Positions 27,674 to 38,178 of a stretch of 64,000 nt of DNA are shown piece by piece. The notes beneath the pieces are model-generated. The model ran no database searches and had not been told where the DNA came from. It worked only from the letters and a program-made list of their open reading frames with translations. A program made the position numbers and the translations under genes. This stretch comes from an uncultured Gaiellales bacterium (GTDB taxonomy: Bacteria; Actinomycetota; Thermoleophilia; RBG-16-64-13), in assembly GCA_964399135.1 (NCBI GenBank), contig CAYNPL010000006.1:63741-127740 (forward strand), given 5' to 3'. Every line of letters starts with the position of its first letter. The first letter of the stretch is position 1.

Positions 27674-27705
27674 GGCGCCGGCGGCGCGGGCGCGCCGCCG
27701 GCGCC
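27674..27705. terminator. GC-rich hairpin with 15-bp inverted-repeat arms after the CocE/NonD gene
   Basis: GGCGCCGGCGGCGCG-GG-CGCGCCGCCGGCGCC; no U-tract. Confidence 0.55.
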
Positions 27706-27839
27706 GCTCTGCATGCTGGAAATGCAACGGCGCGTGGCCGCCTTCGCGCTCCTGCTATCCTTAGGAGCCGCCCGCCCCGACATGCCAGGAGGCCCCCACG
27801 AAACCGCCGTCCGCCAAGACTCTCGACCGCGTCGGGCTG

Positions 27840-27992
27840 GTGATGCTCGGCTGCGGGGTCTTCCTGGTGATCGTGGTGTCCTGGGTGCGGGGACTGTGGA
27901 AGGGGCTCGAGGTCGGGCTGATCGTTCTCGGTTTCGTGCTCGCCGTGGCCGGGCTCTACCTCAACCGGCGTTTCCGCGACAAAGAAGAGTAG
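27840..27992 (+). CDS. Small 2-TM membrane protein (50 aa, absent from the ORF track)
   Basis: VMLGCGVFLVIVVSWVRGLWKGLEVGLIVLGFVLAVAGLYLNRRFRDKEE*, followed by a hairpin. Confidence 0.55.
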   Translation: MMLGCGVFLVIVVSWVRGLWKGLEVGLIVLGFVLAVAGLYLNRRFRDKEE

Positions 27993-28004
27993 GGGAAGAA
28001 GGCG

Positions 28005-28028
28005 GGGGGGCGCCTCGCGGCGCCCCCC
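28005..28028. terminator. 10-bp hairpin between convergent genes
   Basis: GGGGGGCGCC-TCGC-GGCGCCCCCC. Confidence 0.55.
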
Positions 28029-28095
28029 GGGCCCTCGGTCTTGCTGCTCCGGTGCCGTCTTGCGGGTTGGCCCGCGATGACGGCTTTGCCGCGCT

Positions 28096-29535
28096 CTACG
28101 GAGCCGCGATCGGCAGAGGCTTGGCCGGCTGGATGGTCTCGTCCAGCATGTAGGGGGCCGCGGCCTTGTCGATGGGGACCTGGTCGAACGTCCACTTGCC
28201 GCCCTGCATCAGCCACTGGGAACCGCCGAGACCGTGATCGTAGACGTTCTTGGTCTTGCGGCCAGGGCCCGCCGGCCAATCGGCCGGGCCGTCCCCGGTC
28301 TTGGCGATGATGTCGGAGGTGAAGTCGATGGGGCCGATGATGGTGTCGAGCTTCATCGACTCGAGCGCGGCCAGCACGGCATCTTTGTTCTTGGGGTCGG
28401 CGGCGTTCTTCATCGCGTAGATGGCCATCTCACCGCAGACATAGTGCAGAAGCGGGGCGGTCTGCTGCTGTCCGGTCCTCGCCTCGAAGTCGTCGGCCAG
28501 CTGGGCGCAGGTCTCGCCAGTGAGCGACGACACCCAGGGGAAGGTCCGATGCCACCAGAGTTCGGTCATGAGACCGTTGCCCACCTCGCCGAGCGCTTCC
28601 ACAGAACCGGGGAACAGAATGGCCTTGCCGACCAGGCAGGCCTTCACCTGCAGCCCTTGCTGGGCGGCCTGCTTCCAGAAGTTGGTGAAGTCGGGCGGAA
28701 GCATGTTGCCCATGATGAGCTCCACCCCCGCGCTCTTGAAAGCGGTGATCTGCTGGGTGAAGTCCTCGCTGAAGGCCTGATAGTTGGAGGGCATGACCAC
28801 CTGGTAGCCCTTGGCTTCCATGAAGGCGGGGGCGTTGGCGCTGAAGAAGTTGCCGTCGGCGGTGTTGTCGTACATCGCGCCGATGATCTTGTTGGACGGG
28901 ATTTTCTCGTAACACGACCAGTTGATCTCGAAGAAATCCTCGGCACCGAAGAAGGAGTGGTACGACCACTTGTACTCGGTGTTCTGTCCCATGTAGGTCT
29001 GCCAGGGGCAGTCGGTGGAGACGACCGGGCAGCCGTTTGCCTCGCACTGCTCCACCACGGGGGTGACCGTATCCGGGGTGGAGGCGACCATCATGATGTC
29101 GACCTTGGTGTTGTTGATAAGGTCGCCCGCGACTTGGGCGGCCCGGTTGGAGTCGGACTGGCTGTCGGCGACCTCGATCTTGACCGGATGCTTCTTGCCG
29201 TCGCCACACACGATGCCGTCTCCGCAATACTCCCGCCAACGATCGGCGCAGTACTGGTCGGGCACGCCGAACAGCGCTATGGGGCCGGTGATGGGGGCGA
29301 CGAAACCCATCCTGACCTCTTCGCCCATCTCCGCGCCGGTGGCGACGGTGGTAGTGGAACCCGGCGCTGCGGTGGTGGTGGAACCCGCGGCCGCAGTGGT
29401 GGTGGTGGTCTCTTCCTCGCCGCACGCGGCCAGGAGACCGCCCAAGCCGGCGCCCACGCCGATGGTAGCGCCGGCCAGCCCGGCGATCTTGAGAAACTCG
29501 CGTCTGCTGACGGTCCTGCTGTTCGGTTCGTCCAT
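28096..29535 (-). CDS. ABC substrate-binding lipoprotein (LivK/periplasmic-binding-protein type I) with a Tat-like signal
   Basis: SRREFLK, lipobox LAACG, Thr-rich linker, GFVAPITG, DSQSD.NRAAQVA. Confidence 0.9.
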   Translation of the reverse strand: MDEPNSRTVSRREFLKIAGLAGATIGVGAGLGGLLAACGEEETTTTTAAAGSTTTAAPGSTTTVATGAEMGEEVRMGFVAPITGPIALFGVPDQYCADRWREYCGDGIVCGDGKKHPVKIEVADSQSDSNRAAQVAGDLINNTKVDIMMVASTPDTVTPVVEQCEANGCPVVSTDCPWQTYMGQNTEYKWSYHSFFGAEDFFEINWSCYEKIPSNKIIGAMYDNTADGNFFSANAPAFMEAKGYQVVMPSNYQAFSEDFTQQITAFKSAGVELIMGNMLPPDFTNFWKQAAQQGLQVKACLVGKAILFPGSVEALGEVGNGLMTELWWHRTFPWVSSLTGETCAQLADDFEARTGQQQTAPLLHYVCGEMAIYAMKNAADPKNKDAVLAALESMKLDTIIGPIDFTSDIIAKTGDGPADWPAGPGRKTKNVYDHGLGGSQWLMQGGKWTFDQVPIDKAAAPYMLDETIQPAKPLPIAAP

Positions 29536-29659
29536 GATCGCTCAAACCCCCGTGCTCGGTTGACGGACCTGTCTGAAGCCCCATTCTATTCCCCGCCCCG
29601 CGCAGAAAGAAGAGGAACCGACTCTCAAGAGGCACAAATGACCAAACGGAATAGTTTCT

Positions 29660-31054
29660 TTAGTAGCCGAGTTCCTCTTCCACCACGGTGATCGACTCGT
29701 CCATCACGCGCACGATGGTGTCGATCTGTTCGCGGGAGATCACGAAGGGTGGGGCTACCGCGTGACAGTGGCCTCCGCCCAGCAGGCGGACGAACACGCC
29801 CCGCTCGAAGGCGGCGTCGCGCACGCGCGCGGCCGCCCCCACGCTCGCCGGGAACCAGTCCTTGGACTCCTTGCTCTGCACGTATTCGATGCCGGCCACC
29901 AGCCCCAACCCCCGCACGTCTCCCACGATGGGATGCGCGAGCAGCGTCCGCAGGCCTTCCTGCAGGTAGGGCCCCAGCTCGCGGCAGCGGCCCACCAGGT
30001 TCTCCCGCTCGATGATCTCCAGGTTGGCGAGGCCGGCGGCGCAGCAGAGAGGATGGCCGTGGTAGGTGGCGCCGCTCATGAACTGTCTGCCTTCCAGGGG
30101 GTCGCCCAAGAAGGCCTGGTATACGTGTTCGCGGGCCCCCACCGCTCCCAACGGCAGGTAGCCGGAGGACAGGCCCTTGGCCATGGTCACCAAGTCGGGG
30201 TCGGACCCGAACGTCTCGCAGGCGAACCAGGATCCGGTCCGCCCGAATCCGGTGATGACCTCGTCGTTGATCACCAGCACCTCGTGGGCCTTGCAGATCT
30301 CGCACACCAGGGGCCAGTACTCGGGCGGGGGCGGGATGACCCCGCCGGTGCCGATGACCGTCTCTCCCAGCAGGGTCCCCACGTTCTGGGCCCCGTAGAA
30401 AGCGATCTCCTTCTCCACTTGGCGGGCGCACTCCAGGTCACAGTCCCCGTACTCCTTGCCCCAGGAGCAGCGGTAACAGTAGGGGGCGCCCATACGGACG
30501 AAGCCGGGCATGAGCGGCTCGAAGGCGGCGCGGTTGCCGGGCAGCCCTTGGGCGCTGGTGCCCCCCAGGGTGGTGCCGTGATAGGAGCGGTCGCGGAACA
30601 GCACCATGTACTTGCCGCCCCGGCCCTGGTTCTTCCAATACTGGCGGGCCATCTTGAGAGCGGTGTCGACCGAATCGCCGCCGCCCAGGGTGAGGTAGAC
30701 ATGGTCCAGGTCGCCGGGCAGGTGCTCGGCCACCTTGGCCGCCAGCCGGATGCTGGGCTCATTGGCGATGCCGAAGATGTGGTAGCAGGCCATCTCCTCG
30801 GCTTGGGCGTTGATGGCTTCGAGGATCTCCCGGCGGCCGTGCCCGACGTTGACCGTCCACAGGCTGGCGAAGGCGTCGATATACTGGCGGCCGTGCACGT
30901 CGTACACCACGGCGCCCTCGGCCCGCTTCATGATGATGGGTCTGAGGCCGCGGGCCTGGGTGAAGGGCAGCCACAGGTGGTCCCGCATGTCCTGTTGGAG
31001 CAGGTCGGCCGCGACCTGAGCGTCACCCGCCGAGGCAGGCGTGGATCCTGTCAT
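29660..31054 (-). CDS. Class III PLP-dependent aminotransferase
   Basis: YIDAFASLWTVNVGHG, SYHGTT, DEVITGFGRTG, DLVTMAKGLSSGYLPLGA. Confidence 0.93.
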   Translation of the reverse strand: MTGSTPASAGDAQVAADLLQQDMRDHLWLPFTQARGLRPIIMKRAEGAVVYDVHGRQYIDAFASLWTVNVGHGRREILEAINAQAEEMACYHIFGIANEPSIRLAAKVAEHLPGDLDHVYLTLGGGDSVDTALKMARQYWKNQGRGGKYMVLFRDRSYHGTTLGGTSAQGLPGNRAAFEPLMPGFVRMGAPYCYRCSWGKEYGDCDLECARQVEKEIAFYGAQNVGTLLGETVIGTGGVIPPPPEYWPLVCEICKAHEVLVINDEVITGFGRTGSWFACETFGSDPDLVTMAKGLSSGYLPLGAVGAREHVYQAFLGDPLEGRQFMSGATYHGHPLCCAAGLANLEIIERENLVGRCRELGPYLQEGLRTLLAHPIVGDVRGLGLVAGIEYVQSKESKDWFPASVGAAARVRDAAFERGVFVRLLGGGHCHAVAPPFVISREQIDTIVRVMDESITVVEEELGY

Positions 31055-31108
31055 GTCTGCTCCCCCTTCAACACCCAAGGACCGCGTCGAGCGTCGGCTC
31101 CACCGTCT

Positions 31109-32821
31109 TCAGGCCTGGTTCTCGACCATGACCTCGACCAGGCGGGGCGCTCCCGACTCCTCTGCCGCGGCCAAGGCTTCCGCCAGGGCCGGCCCTAGCC
31201 GCCCGGGGGCGTCCACCCGCTCGGCCGCCACCCCCATGGCCCGCGCCAGCGTGCTGAAGTCGGTGGCGGGGTCGTCGATCTCCATGCCGGCGTGCCGCTC
31301 GGTGAGGGGGTAGTCTCCCAGCACGTGCTTGCGCACCAGCTTGACCTGCCGGTAGGTGCCGTTGTTCAGCACCACGAAGGTCACCGGTATTCGGTAACGG
31401 GCCGCCGTCCACAGTCCCTGCATCGACCAAGAGGCGCCGCCGTCACCAAGCACGGCGACCACGCGACGGCCCGGCGCGCCCATCCCGACCCCGAGGGCCA
31501 GCGGGATGCCTCCGCCGATGCTTCCCCCCTTGCGGGAGCGGAGATACGAACCGGGCTGGTCGAAGGCGACGATGTGCCGGAGCATCTCCGACGACGACCA
31601 GCATTCGTCGACCACGATGGTGTGGGGGTCGACCGCGGCTCTGATCTCACCCATGAGGCGGGCGACGGGTATCGGCCCCCCGGTGCGGTCCGCCGGCGTC
31701 TCCAGCGCCGCGAACCTTTGCTCGACCGCGGCCTTCTCTCGGGCGATGTCAGCGATGCGTTCCTGGATGGAGGCCTGATGTTCGGCCGCGCGCAGCCTGT
31801 TCGCCAGCCGGCCTTTGGTGAGGTCGGCCTCCAACGCCGTGTTGATCTCGGCAAGGGCGGTCTTGATGTCGGCCTGGATGCCGCAATCAGTGGCGACGTT
31901 CTTGCCGATCTCCCAGGGGTCGTCATCGATGTGGATGACGTTGATCCCTGGAGGCAGGGGAGAGCCGTCGTTGAAGAACCCTTCGGCGAACAGGGAGCAG
32001 CCCACTCCGATGAGGACGTCGGCACAGCGGAAGACCTCTCTCGCCGCCGGTCCGGTGGGGTCGAGGTCACCCAGGTACTGGGGATGGCTCACCGGAAAGT
32101 TGACGTCGGCCATCCAGGACTGGTAGACGCGGGCGCCGATGAGCTCAGCGAAGCGGACCACCTCTGCAACGGCTCCGCTGCGGGCTACGCCGCTCTCGAC
32201 CATGAGGACCGGCCTCACCGCCCCGCGCAAAATACCGAGGGCCCGTTCCACCGCGTCCTTGTCGGGCCGCAGGCGCGCGTAGACAGCGGTGTTGGGGCGA
32301 AGTTCCAGATCGTACTCTTGGACGAGCACATCCTGCGGGAGCGACACCACCACCGGCCCGGTGGGGGGCTGGACCGCCATCTTGAAGGCGCGCTGGATGA
32401 CAGTGGGGATGTCCTCGGCGTGGACCACCTCGGTGGCCCATTTCCCGTAGAGTCGGCCCGTGCCGACGATGTCTCCGGACAGATGAGGATCGCGCTGAAG
32501 GAGGCGCGAGTCGTTCTGCCCGACGGTGACCACCAGCGGCACCCGGCCGTAGTACGCGTTGTAGAGCAGAGGAAGGGCGGCGGCGATGCCGGGACCGGTG
32601 TGGAGGTTGAGGAAGCCCACCTTGCCCGAGGCGCGGGCGTATCCCTCGGCCATGCCGGCGCAGACGGTCTCGTGCAGCCCCAGCACGTACTGGATATCCG
32701 GGGCTTCCTCCAGCGCGTCCATGAAGTGGATCTCGGTGGCGCCGGGGATACCGAACACGTACTCCACGCCTTCGCGCCGGAGGAGTTCAACGAGGGCACG
32801 CTTGCCGGTGGTCTTCGCCAT
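31109..32821 (-). CDS. ThDP-dependent enzyme, benzoylformate-decarboxylase-like
   Basis: VFGIPGATE, HETVCAGMAEGY, LHTGPG, ThDP motif GDGGASW...VVLNNG.Y. Confidence 0.9.
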   Translation of the reverse strand: MAKTTGKRALVELLRREGVEYVFGIPGATEIHFMDALEEAPDIQYVLGLHETVCAGMAEGYARASGKVGFLNLHTGPGIAAALPLLYNAYYGRVPLVVTVGQNDSRLLQRDPHLSGDIVGTGRLYGKWATEVVHAEDIPTVIQRAFKMAVQPPTGPVVVSLPQDVLVQEYDLELRPNTAVYARLRPDKDAVERALGILRGAVRPVLMVESGVARSGAVAEVVRFAELIGARVYQSWMADVNFPVSHPQYLGDLDPTGPAAREVFRCADVLIGVGCSLFAEGFFNDGSPLPPGINVIHIDDDPWEIGKNVATDCGIQADIKTALAEINTALEADLTKGRLANRLRAAEHQASIQERIADIAREKAAVEQRFAALETPADRTGGPIPVARLMGEIRAAVDPHTIVVDECWSSSEMLRHIVAFDQPGSYLRSRKGGSIGGGIPLALGVGMGAPGRRVVAVLGDGGASWSMQGLWTAARYRIPVTFVVLNNGTYRQVKLVRKHVLGDYPLTERHAGMEIDDPATDFSTLARAMGVAAERVDAPGRLGPALAEALAAAEESGAPRLVEVMVENQA

Positions 32822-32827
32822 GGCGAG

Positions 32828-32833
32828 ACTATA
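32828..32833 (-). promoter_or_regulatory. -10 hexamer TATAGT of a probably leaderless transcript of the ThDP-enzyme gene
   Basis: Minus strand TATAGT-CTCGCC-ATG (6-nt spacer, no SD). Confidence 0.55.
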
Positions 32834-32879
32834 GCGCACCGGCCGGTCGATGGGCGTCGCGTGGATACGGGCGCCGAAC

Positions 32880-34298
32880 CTACCGCACCACGACCTGAAG
32901 GGTGGCGCTGGCAGTCTGGCCGGCGCTGTTGTAGGCCACGGCTTTGAGGGTCCTGGTGCCCGTCCGGGCCGGCTGGAAGTAGACGCTGAACGGGGACGCG
33001 GTGTCGGTCTTGAACAGAGAGCCGTCCAGATAGAAGACCACCTTGACCGTGTTGGAGACGGTGGTGGTGATGTTGTAGGTCGTCCCCAGCTTGAGCACCG
33101 TCCCTTCGGCCATGTCGAACTTGACCGTAGGGGCGCCGGACGGCGGTGGTACCGTCCCGGATCCGGGCAGAAGGGAGTTGACCGGGCCGGTGACCTCAAC
33201 GGCGTCGATGCTGATGTACTTGTAGGCCGTGTTGTAGGGGTCCCGCCATATCTTGACCGTGTGCTCTCCGGCTTGGTCGAAGGTCCTGTTCCAGACGTTC
33301 TGTTGCCGCATCGTGCTGCTGCGGTAGAGGTTCACCGTCTCCTTCGGCCCGCCGTCCAGTGACACGAACGCCCGGCCGAACGAGTAGCCGCAGGTGGCGA
33401 TCCAGGCGAAGTAGCTACCCTTGAACTTGATGGTCACCGAACTCGACCCGCTGTAGGTGCGTTTGTAGCTGGGTCCGGACGAGCCGCTGACGGTGAACGT
33501 CGACCAGGTGCCCGTGTAGTAGAGGTTCTTGTCGGTCTGGTCGTAACGGATGCGGAAATCGGCGGGGTCGATGGGCGGGGAGAGGTAATCCAGCGGGATG
33601 CAGGCGGTGATGGAGTTGAACATGCTCTGGGCATAGGCCTCCCTCTGGGCCTCAGTGTAGGGTACCCCGGCCTCTATCAGCAGCCAGGGAACCTTGGACC
33701 AGAGCTGCACGATGGGCAGGTTCCCCGGGGCCAGGCCCCGGCTGCCCCAACTGGTGTTCACAGTGACCACGACGCTGGAACCCTCGATCTTACGGCGCTC
33801 AGCAAGGAAGATCTGGCCGAACTGGGCAGACAAAGCCGCAGTGCCGGGCAAGTTGAAGTACACCCGCTGACCGTAGATGTTCTCCCGGTAGCTGTTCATC
33901 TTCTGGACGTAAATCTCCCCATACTCGCCGAACACGTGGCCGCTGGTGTGCAGGCTGACGGCCAGGGCCGCGTTGTTGTCATTGGCCAGGTCGACCCGGT
34001 CACGTTTGCAGACCGTGTCGTAGGGGCCGTTCTTGGTGAGAAGCACGGTGTAGCCGGCCGCCTCGAGCTTGGCCTGCAGAAGCAGGGCCACGTCCCAGAC
34101 GTCTTGGTTCTCGGCTCCGTTGTTGTACTCCTCGTCCTGGATCTGGGTCTCTGGGTCGATGGTGGTGAGACTTGACCCGCTGTGACCGGGGTCGAGGACG
34201 ATCACCGGACCTTCGGCCAGGGCGGTGGCGGGCAGCGCCAGCGAGAGGACCAGCACCGCGAACGCGACTGCCAGCAGGTGGAGGGCGGGGCGTTTCAT
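32880..34298 (-). CDS. Secreted N-acetylmuramoyl-L-alanine amidase (Amidase_3) with a central beta-rich domain and a C-terminal Ig-like domain
   Basis: Signal peptide; VLDPGH..E, SLH, LIEAG; C-terminal VVFYLDG..DTASPF..LKAVAYN. Confidence 0.82.
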   Translation of the reverse strand: MKRPALHLLAVAFAVLVLSLALPATALAEGPVIVLDPGHSGSSLTTIDPETQIQDEEYNNGAENQDVWDVALLLQAKLEAAGYTVLLTKNGPYDTVCKRDRVDLANDNNAALAVSLHTSGHVFGEYGEIYVQKMNSYRENIYGQRVYFNLPGTAALSAQFGQIFLAERRKIEGSSVVVTVNTSWGSRGLAPGNLPIVQLWSKVPWLLIEAGVPYTEAQREAYAQSMFNSITACIPLDYLSPPIDPADFRIRYDQTDKNLYYTGTWSTFTVSGSSGPSYKRTYSGSSSVTIKFKGSYFAWIATCGYSFGRAFVSLDGGPKETVNLYRSSTMRQQNVWNRTFDQAGEHTVKIWRDPYNTAYKYISIDAVEVTGPVNSLLPGSGTVPPPSGAPTVKFDMAEGTVLKLGTTYNITTTVSNTVKVVFYLDGSLFKTDTASPFSVYFQPARTGTRTLKAVAYNSAGQTASATLQVVVR

Positions 34299-34412
34299 GA
34301 GGCTGCACTCCCTTCCGCTCGACACCAGAACCCGGTCTGCTCTGCGGAACCGGAGCCAGAGACAGCTGATGGCTGGACCAAGAGTATCAGATCAGCCGAT
34401 CGGCGCTCGCCC

Positions 34413-35426
34413 TCAGGCCCGGATCTCCTCCCGCATAAAGACCACGTATCCGATGGTGAAGAAGAGCAAGGTCACCCCTATCAGAGAGATCACCTGGGGC
34501 CAGATGAGCACCAGGCTTTGGGTGAATCCCAGCGGTGTGGCCAGGGCGCGATCGACTTGAGACGTGAGCACCACCCCCAGCGAGCGCACGTTGGGGTTGA
34601 GCAGGGCGCTGGTGGCCTCACTGTAGAGGGTGATCGGCGAGACGCGTTCGAGCTGAGTGGACAGCCGTTCGTGGCGGACGATCTCGGCCGCCGTGGAGTC
34701 GTCACCCACCGGAGCGACCGCGTTCACGACGAGCCCGACGATGAGGCCGGCGAAGATGGCGAAGAACAACCACACCGCTATCGAGGCGAGAGCCGACGTG
34801 GCCGCCTGTTTGAAGAGCACGGAGAACAACTGGGCCAACGCGAGCCAGAAACCCACGTAGATGGCGGTGACGATGATGAAGACGATCAGCCGTCCCAGCT
34901 CTTCGGGCGAGGGCGGGACCCCTACCAAGAGGATGCCCACTCCTCCCACGATGGCTATGAGTGCCACGAAGGCCAAACCGACGACGCTCAGCCCGGCCAG
35001 GAACTTGCCGTGCAGCACGGCGTCCCGATGGATGGGCTGGGAGATGAGCCGGCTGAGCGTCCCATGTGAGCGCTCGCTGTTAAGGGCGTCGAAGCCGAGG
35101 GCGATGCCCAGGAGAGGGGCGAGGAAGGCGACGAAGTCCACCAGGGAAGGCAGGCTCTCTCCGGAGACCGTGAACAGGCGCAAGAAGGCGAAGGAGACCC
35201 CGGCGGAGAACTGCGACGCCACCTCCTTCACGGCGGAACCGGCTGCGTAGACGGCGGCGACCGAGGCGACCCCGATCAAGATGAGGAGGATGGCGAAGCG
35301 GAGGCCGGAAAGATGATCGGCGAACTCTTTGCGGGCGACCGGTCCCACCCCTACCGGCAGGAGGCGCAGCCGGGGGCGGGGGCCTTGTGCGGACGTCAAG
35401 GTTTCAGGCTGAGACATGGGCTGCAT
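34413..35426 (-). CDS. ABC-2 type transporter permease
   Basis: [42 protein letters not shown]. Confidence 0.9.
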   Translation of the reverse strand: MQPMSQPETLTSAQGPRPRLRLLPVGVGPVARKEFADHLSGLRFAILLILIGVASVAAVYAAGSAVKEVASQFSAGVSFAFLRLFTVSGESLPSLVDFVAFLAPLLGIALGFDALNSERSHGTLSRLISQPIHRDAVLHGKFLAGLSVVGLAFVALIAIVGGVGILLVGVPPSPEELGRLIVFIIVTAIYVGFWLALAQLFSVLFKQAATSALASIAVWLFFAIFAGLIVGLVVNAVAPVGDDSTAAEIVRHERLSTQLERVSPITLYSEATSALLNPNVRSLGVVLTSQVDRALATPLGFTQSLVLIWPQVISLIGVTLLFFTIGYVVFMREEIRA

Positions 35427-36441
35427 CGACCCCCTCTTGGAAGTAGCGGGCGTAGATGTCATCGAGGCCGGCGCCGCGCAGGCGGATGTGGATGGGGATC
35501 AACCCCTGCTGTTCCAGTATCCCGGCGATGTGCGGGCGGACGTCGGCGCCGCTCTTGATCAAGATCATCCCCGCTCGTTCAACCTCCACCTCCTGCACCG
35601 CCGGCAGGGCCGACAAGACTGCGGCCAATCGCTCCCGGGCCTGGCTCTGGGGTTCCCGGCCGTCGGCGGTGAGCACCTGCACCTCGATCTGCACGCCCCC
35701 GGTGGGAGCGAGCTGCCGTTCGAGGTCCTGCACCGGCCCGACCGCGATGAGACGGCCGCCCACGAAGATCCCCACTCGGTCACACACCTCTTGGACCTGG
35801 TGTAACAGGTGAGAGGACAGCAGGATCGTCATGGCCTGCTCGTCCCGAAGCCGGGCCAGCATGGCCAGCAGATCACGCACTCCCTCCGGGTCGATACCGA
35901 TGGTGGGCTCGTCCAGTATGAGCACGCGGGGCTGCTTGACTAGGGCGTCCGCCACGGCCAACCGTTGGCGCATGCCGCGAGAGTAGCTGCCGGCACGCTT
36001 GTCCGCGGCCTCGGTGAGACCGACCTGCTCCAGCAACCCGCTGATGCGGCGCTCGGCCTCCTCGCCCTTCAGGCGGTTGAGGGCGGCCGTGTAGCGGAGG
36101 TTCTGCCGTCCGGTCAGACCGGGGTAGAAGCCTACGTTGTCAGGCAGGTAGCCCACCACCCGCTTGACCTCCAAGGGATCGCGCACGGGGTCCTTGCCCG
36201 TCACCCTCACGGTGCCCGCGGTGGGCTCGGTGAGACCGAGCAGCATCAGGATGGTGGTCGTCTTGCCGGCTCCGTTGGGTCCCAGCAGGCCGAATATCTC
36301 CCCCTCTTCCACGGTGAGGCTGAGATCGTCCACGGCGGTGAACCGCCCGTATCTCTTCGTCAGTCCGCGGGCGACGATCGCCGGTCCCTCCGGGGTGTCC
36401 CCTCCCGGCCGGCTCTCGTAGGCTGGGTGGTCACCGTTCAT
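35404..36441 (-). CDS. ABC transporter ATP-binding protein
   Basis: Walker [18 protein letters not shown], Walker B LILDEPT. Confidence 0.95.
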   Translation of the reverse strand: MNGDHPAYESRPGGDTPEGPAIVARGLTKRYGRFTAVDDLSLTVEEGEIFGLLGPNGAGKTTTILMLLGLTEPTAGTVRVTGKDPVRDPLEVKRVVGYLPDNVGFYPGLTGRQNLRYTAALNRLKGEEAERRISGLLEQVGLTEAADKRAGSYSRGMRQRLAVADALVKQPRVLILDEPTIGIDPEGVRDLLAMLARLRDEQAMTILLSSHLLHQVQEVCDRVGIFVGGRLIAVGPVQDLERQLAPTGGVQIEVQVLTADGREPQSQARERLAAVLSALPAVQEVEVERAGMILIKSGADVRPHIAGILEQQGLIPIHIRLRGAGLDDIYARYFQEGVDAAHVSA

Positions 36442-36469
36442 GGCGCCCGTCCCTCTACGCGCAGGCGGC

Positions 36470-37660
36470 TCAGCGGTGGCCGAAACGGCGGAAGATGAGG
36501 CCCAGGATTACCACCGCGGCTACGGCGATGATCACCCCGACCACTCCCCACAGGGTGGAGGTCTTGACCGTCACCCGCAGTTGCTCTTGAGTGGAGGCCT
36601 GGTCGGCCCGGGCACTCACGCTGACCACGTAGTCACCGGCGATGGCGTCCTCAGCGGGCGTGAACACCCCGTACACCGTCTCCTGCTGGTTGGGCGGGAG
36701 GACATCCACCACGGCGGGATCGAAGGACACCTTCCAGCCGCTCGGGGCGGAGGCCGACAGCTTCACTTCCAGCAGGGGACCGGTGCCGCTGTTGGCGATG
36801 ACCAACGGCACCCGGGTGGTGGTGCCGGCCTTGACATCGAAGTTGAGCCGTCCATCGGGAGTGGTGAGGGAAAGGGTATAGGTGCCCGTTATCTCCACCT
36901 GCAGGGGAGCTCCCACCTCCTCACCGGCTCCAGAGGCGGTCACCAAGAGGTCGTAAGCGCCGATGGTCACGTCGGGTCCGGGAGAGACCTCCAAGTTGAG
37001 CCGTTGGGAGCCCTGCCCCTCCACGGTGACGGTGGGGGTTTCTTGGCTGGCGCCCGCCGGCTTGAGAGACAGCTTCCAGTTCTCCGGCCCCACCGCGGAG
37101 AGGTTGTAGGTGCGCGGTTGCTGGCTCTCGTTGCGCAGCGTCAACTGGAACGTGAAGGTGGCGGATGCCGGCCCCTTGAGCGAGCTGTACTCGGCCTCCA
37201 GGCTGGTGGCGGTGCCCGCCACCTTGCTCACCGTCAGGGTGATGGGAAGGGTGGCTGATCCGTCGCCGCTGGTGGCCACGACCTCGATGGTGTAGCTGCT
37301 CTCCGCGGCGTCGGCCGGTATCTCCAGCTTGAGGGATAGGCGGGAGGGTTCATCAGGGTCGACCATCACCGCCGTGACCGGATAGCCCCCGCCTGTGATG
37401 TCGCCCTCCCATCCCGCGGGGATGCCCCTCAAGGCGAGGTCCACTCGCCGGCTGACCGAGTCACTCACTAACAGGTCGAGGTTGACGCTCTGACCGGCCT
37501 GCACCGTAAGGGCGGGATAGGGGGTGGTGACGGAGACCGCCCAGGCCGAGGAGGGCGCGAGCAAGAGCAAGCAGATGAAGGAGAGGGCGAGGGCGGCACC
37601 GGCGTAGCCAAGCACGGCGGATCGACCCCGTAGTCTGGACCGGGTTCCGATGTGGGGCAT
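36470..37660 (-). CDS. NEW3 (NPCBM-associated) domain membrane-anchored protein
   Basis: Signal peptide, repeated Ig-like segments (L.IANSG...L....SAPSGW.V.F.P, A.AGDY.V), C-terminal TM; sits upstream of the ABC pair. Confidence 0.85.
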   Translation of the reverse strand: MPHIGTRSRLRGRSAVLGYAGAALALSFICLLLLAPSSAWAVSVTTPYPALTVQAGQSVNLDLLVSDSVSRRVDLALRGIPAGWEGDITGGGYPVTAVMVDPDEPSRLSLKLEIPADAAESSYTIEVVATSGDGSATLPITLTVSKVAGTATSLEAEYSSLKGPASATFTFQLTLRNESQQPRTYNLSAVGPENWKLSLKPAGASQETPTVTVEGQGSQRLNLEVSPGPDVTIGAYDLLVTASGAGEEVGAPLQVEITGTYTLSLTTPDGRLNFDVKAGTTTRVPLVIANSGTGPLLEVKLSASAPSGWKVSFDPAVVDVLPPNQQETVYGVFTPAEDAIAGDYVVSVSARADQASTQEQLRVTVKTSTLWGVVGVIIAVAAVVILGLIFRRFGHR

Positions 37661-37920
37661 ATCTAGCAACCTCCGGGACAAGACTGCTTTCCACTGCCTC
37701 TGCGGCTGGATGTCAGGGCTCGGGCGACGAACGCGGAGCGCTGCGGGCGGCAGAGTATCGCCGAGGCGATAAGGAGAAGATAGAGTCCCGGCCCGACGTG
37801 GGGCCGGAGAGGAAAGAGGCCCGGCCGGTCGCATCCGCCGCCGGCCTATCGCCCAAAGCCTGTGTACAGCCATGCCTTCCATGGTGCGCAGAGACTCTAG
37901 TCGCGTGCGTTTCTTACAAG

Positions 37921-37994
37921 TGCGCCTGACAGGATTCGAACCTGTGGCCTTTGGTTTCGTAGACCAACGCTCTATCCAACTGAGCTACAGGCGC
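37921..37994 (-). tRNA. tRNA-Arg(ACG)
   Basis: GCGCCTGTAGCTCAGTTGGATAGAGC-TTGGT-CT-ACG-AA-ACCAA...GGTTCGAATCC..CAGGCGC-A. Confidence 0.96.
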
Positions 37995-38001
37995 ATGCTG
38001 G

Positions 38002-38092
38002 CGGAGAAGGAGGGATTCGAACCCTCGAAAGGAGCATTCACTCCTTCACTCGCTTAGCAGGCGAGCGCCTTCAGCCTCTCGGCCACTTCTCC
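38002..38092 (-). tRNA. tRNA-Ser(GCT)
   Basis: GGAGAAGTGGCCGAGAGGCTGAAGGC-CTCGC-CT-GCT-AA-GCGAG, long variable arm, GGTTCGAATCC, CTTCTCC-G. Confidence 0.96.
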
Positions 38093-38178
38093 TCACGGCG
38101 GTGAGGCCGGATGGCTGCTCGCCGCCTCAGCGGGCGCATATTCTACCAGACAGGGGGGCACTCCGGTAATGTGAGGCT

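Noticed and set aside
29340-29410. GTGGTG microsatellite-like repeats (also 53460-53570)
   Set aside because: They encode the Thr-rich linkers of lipoproteins.
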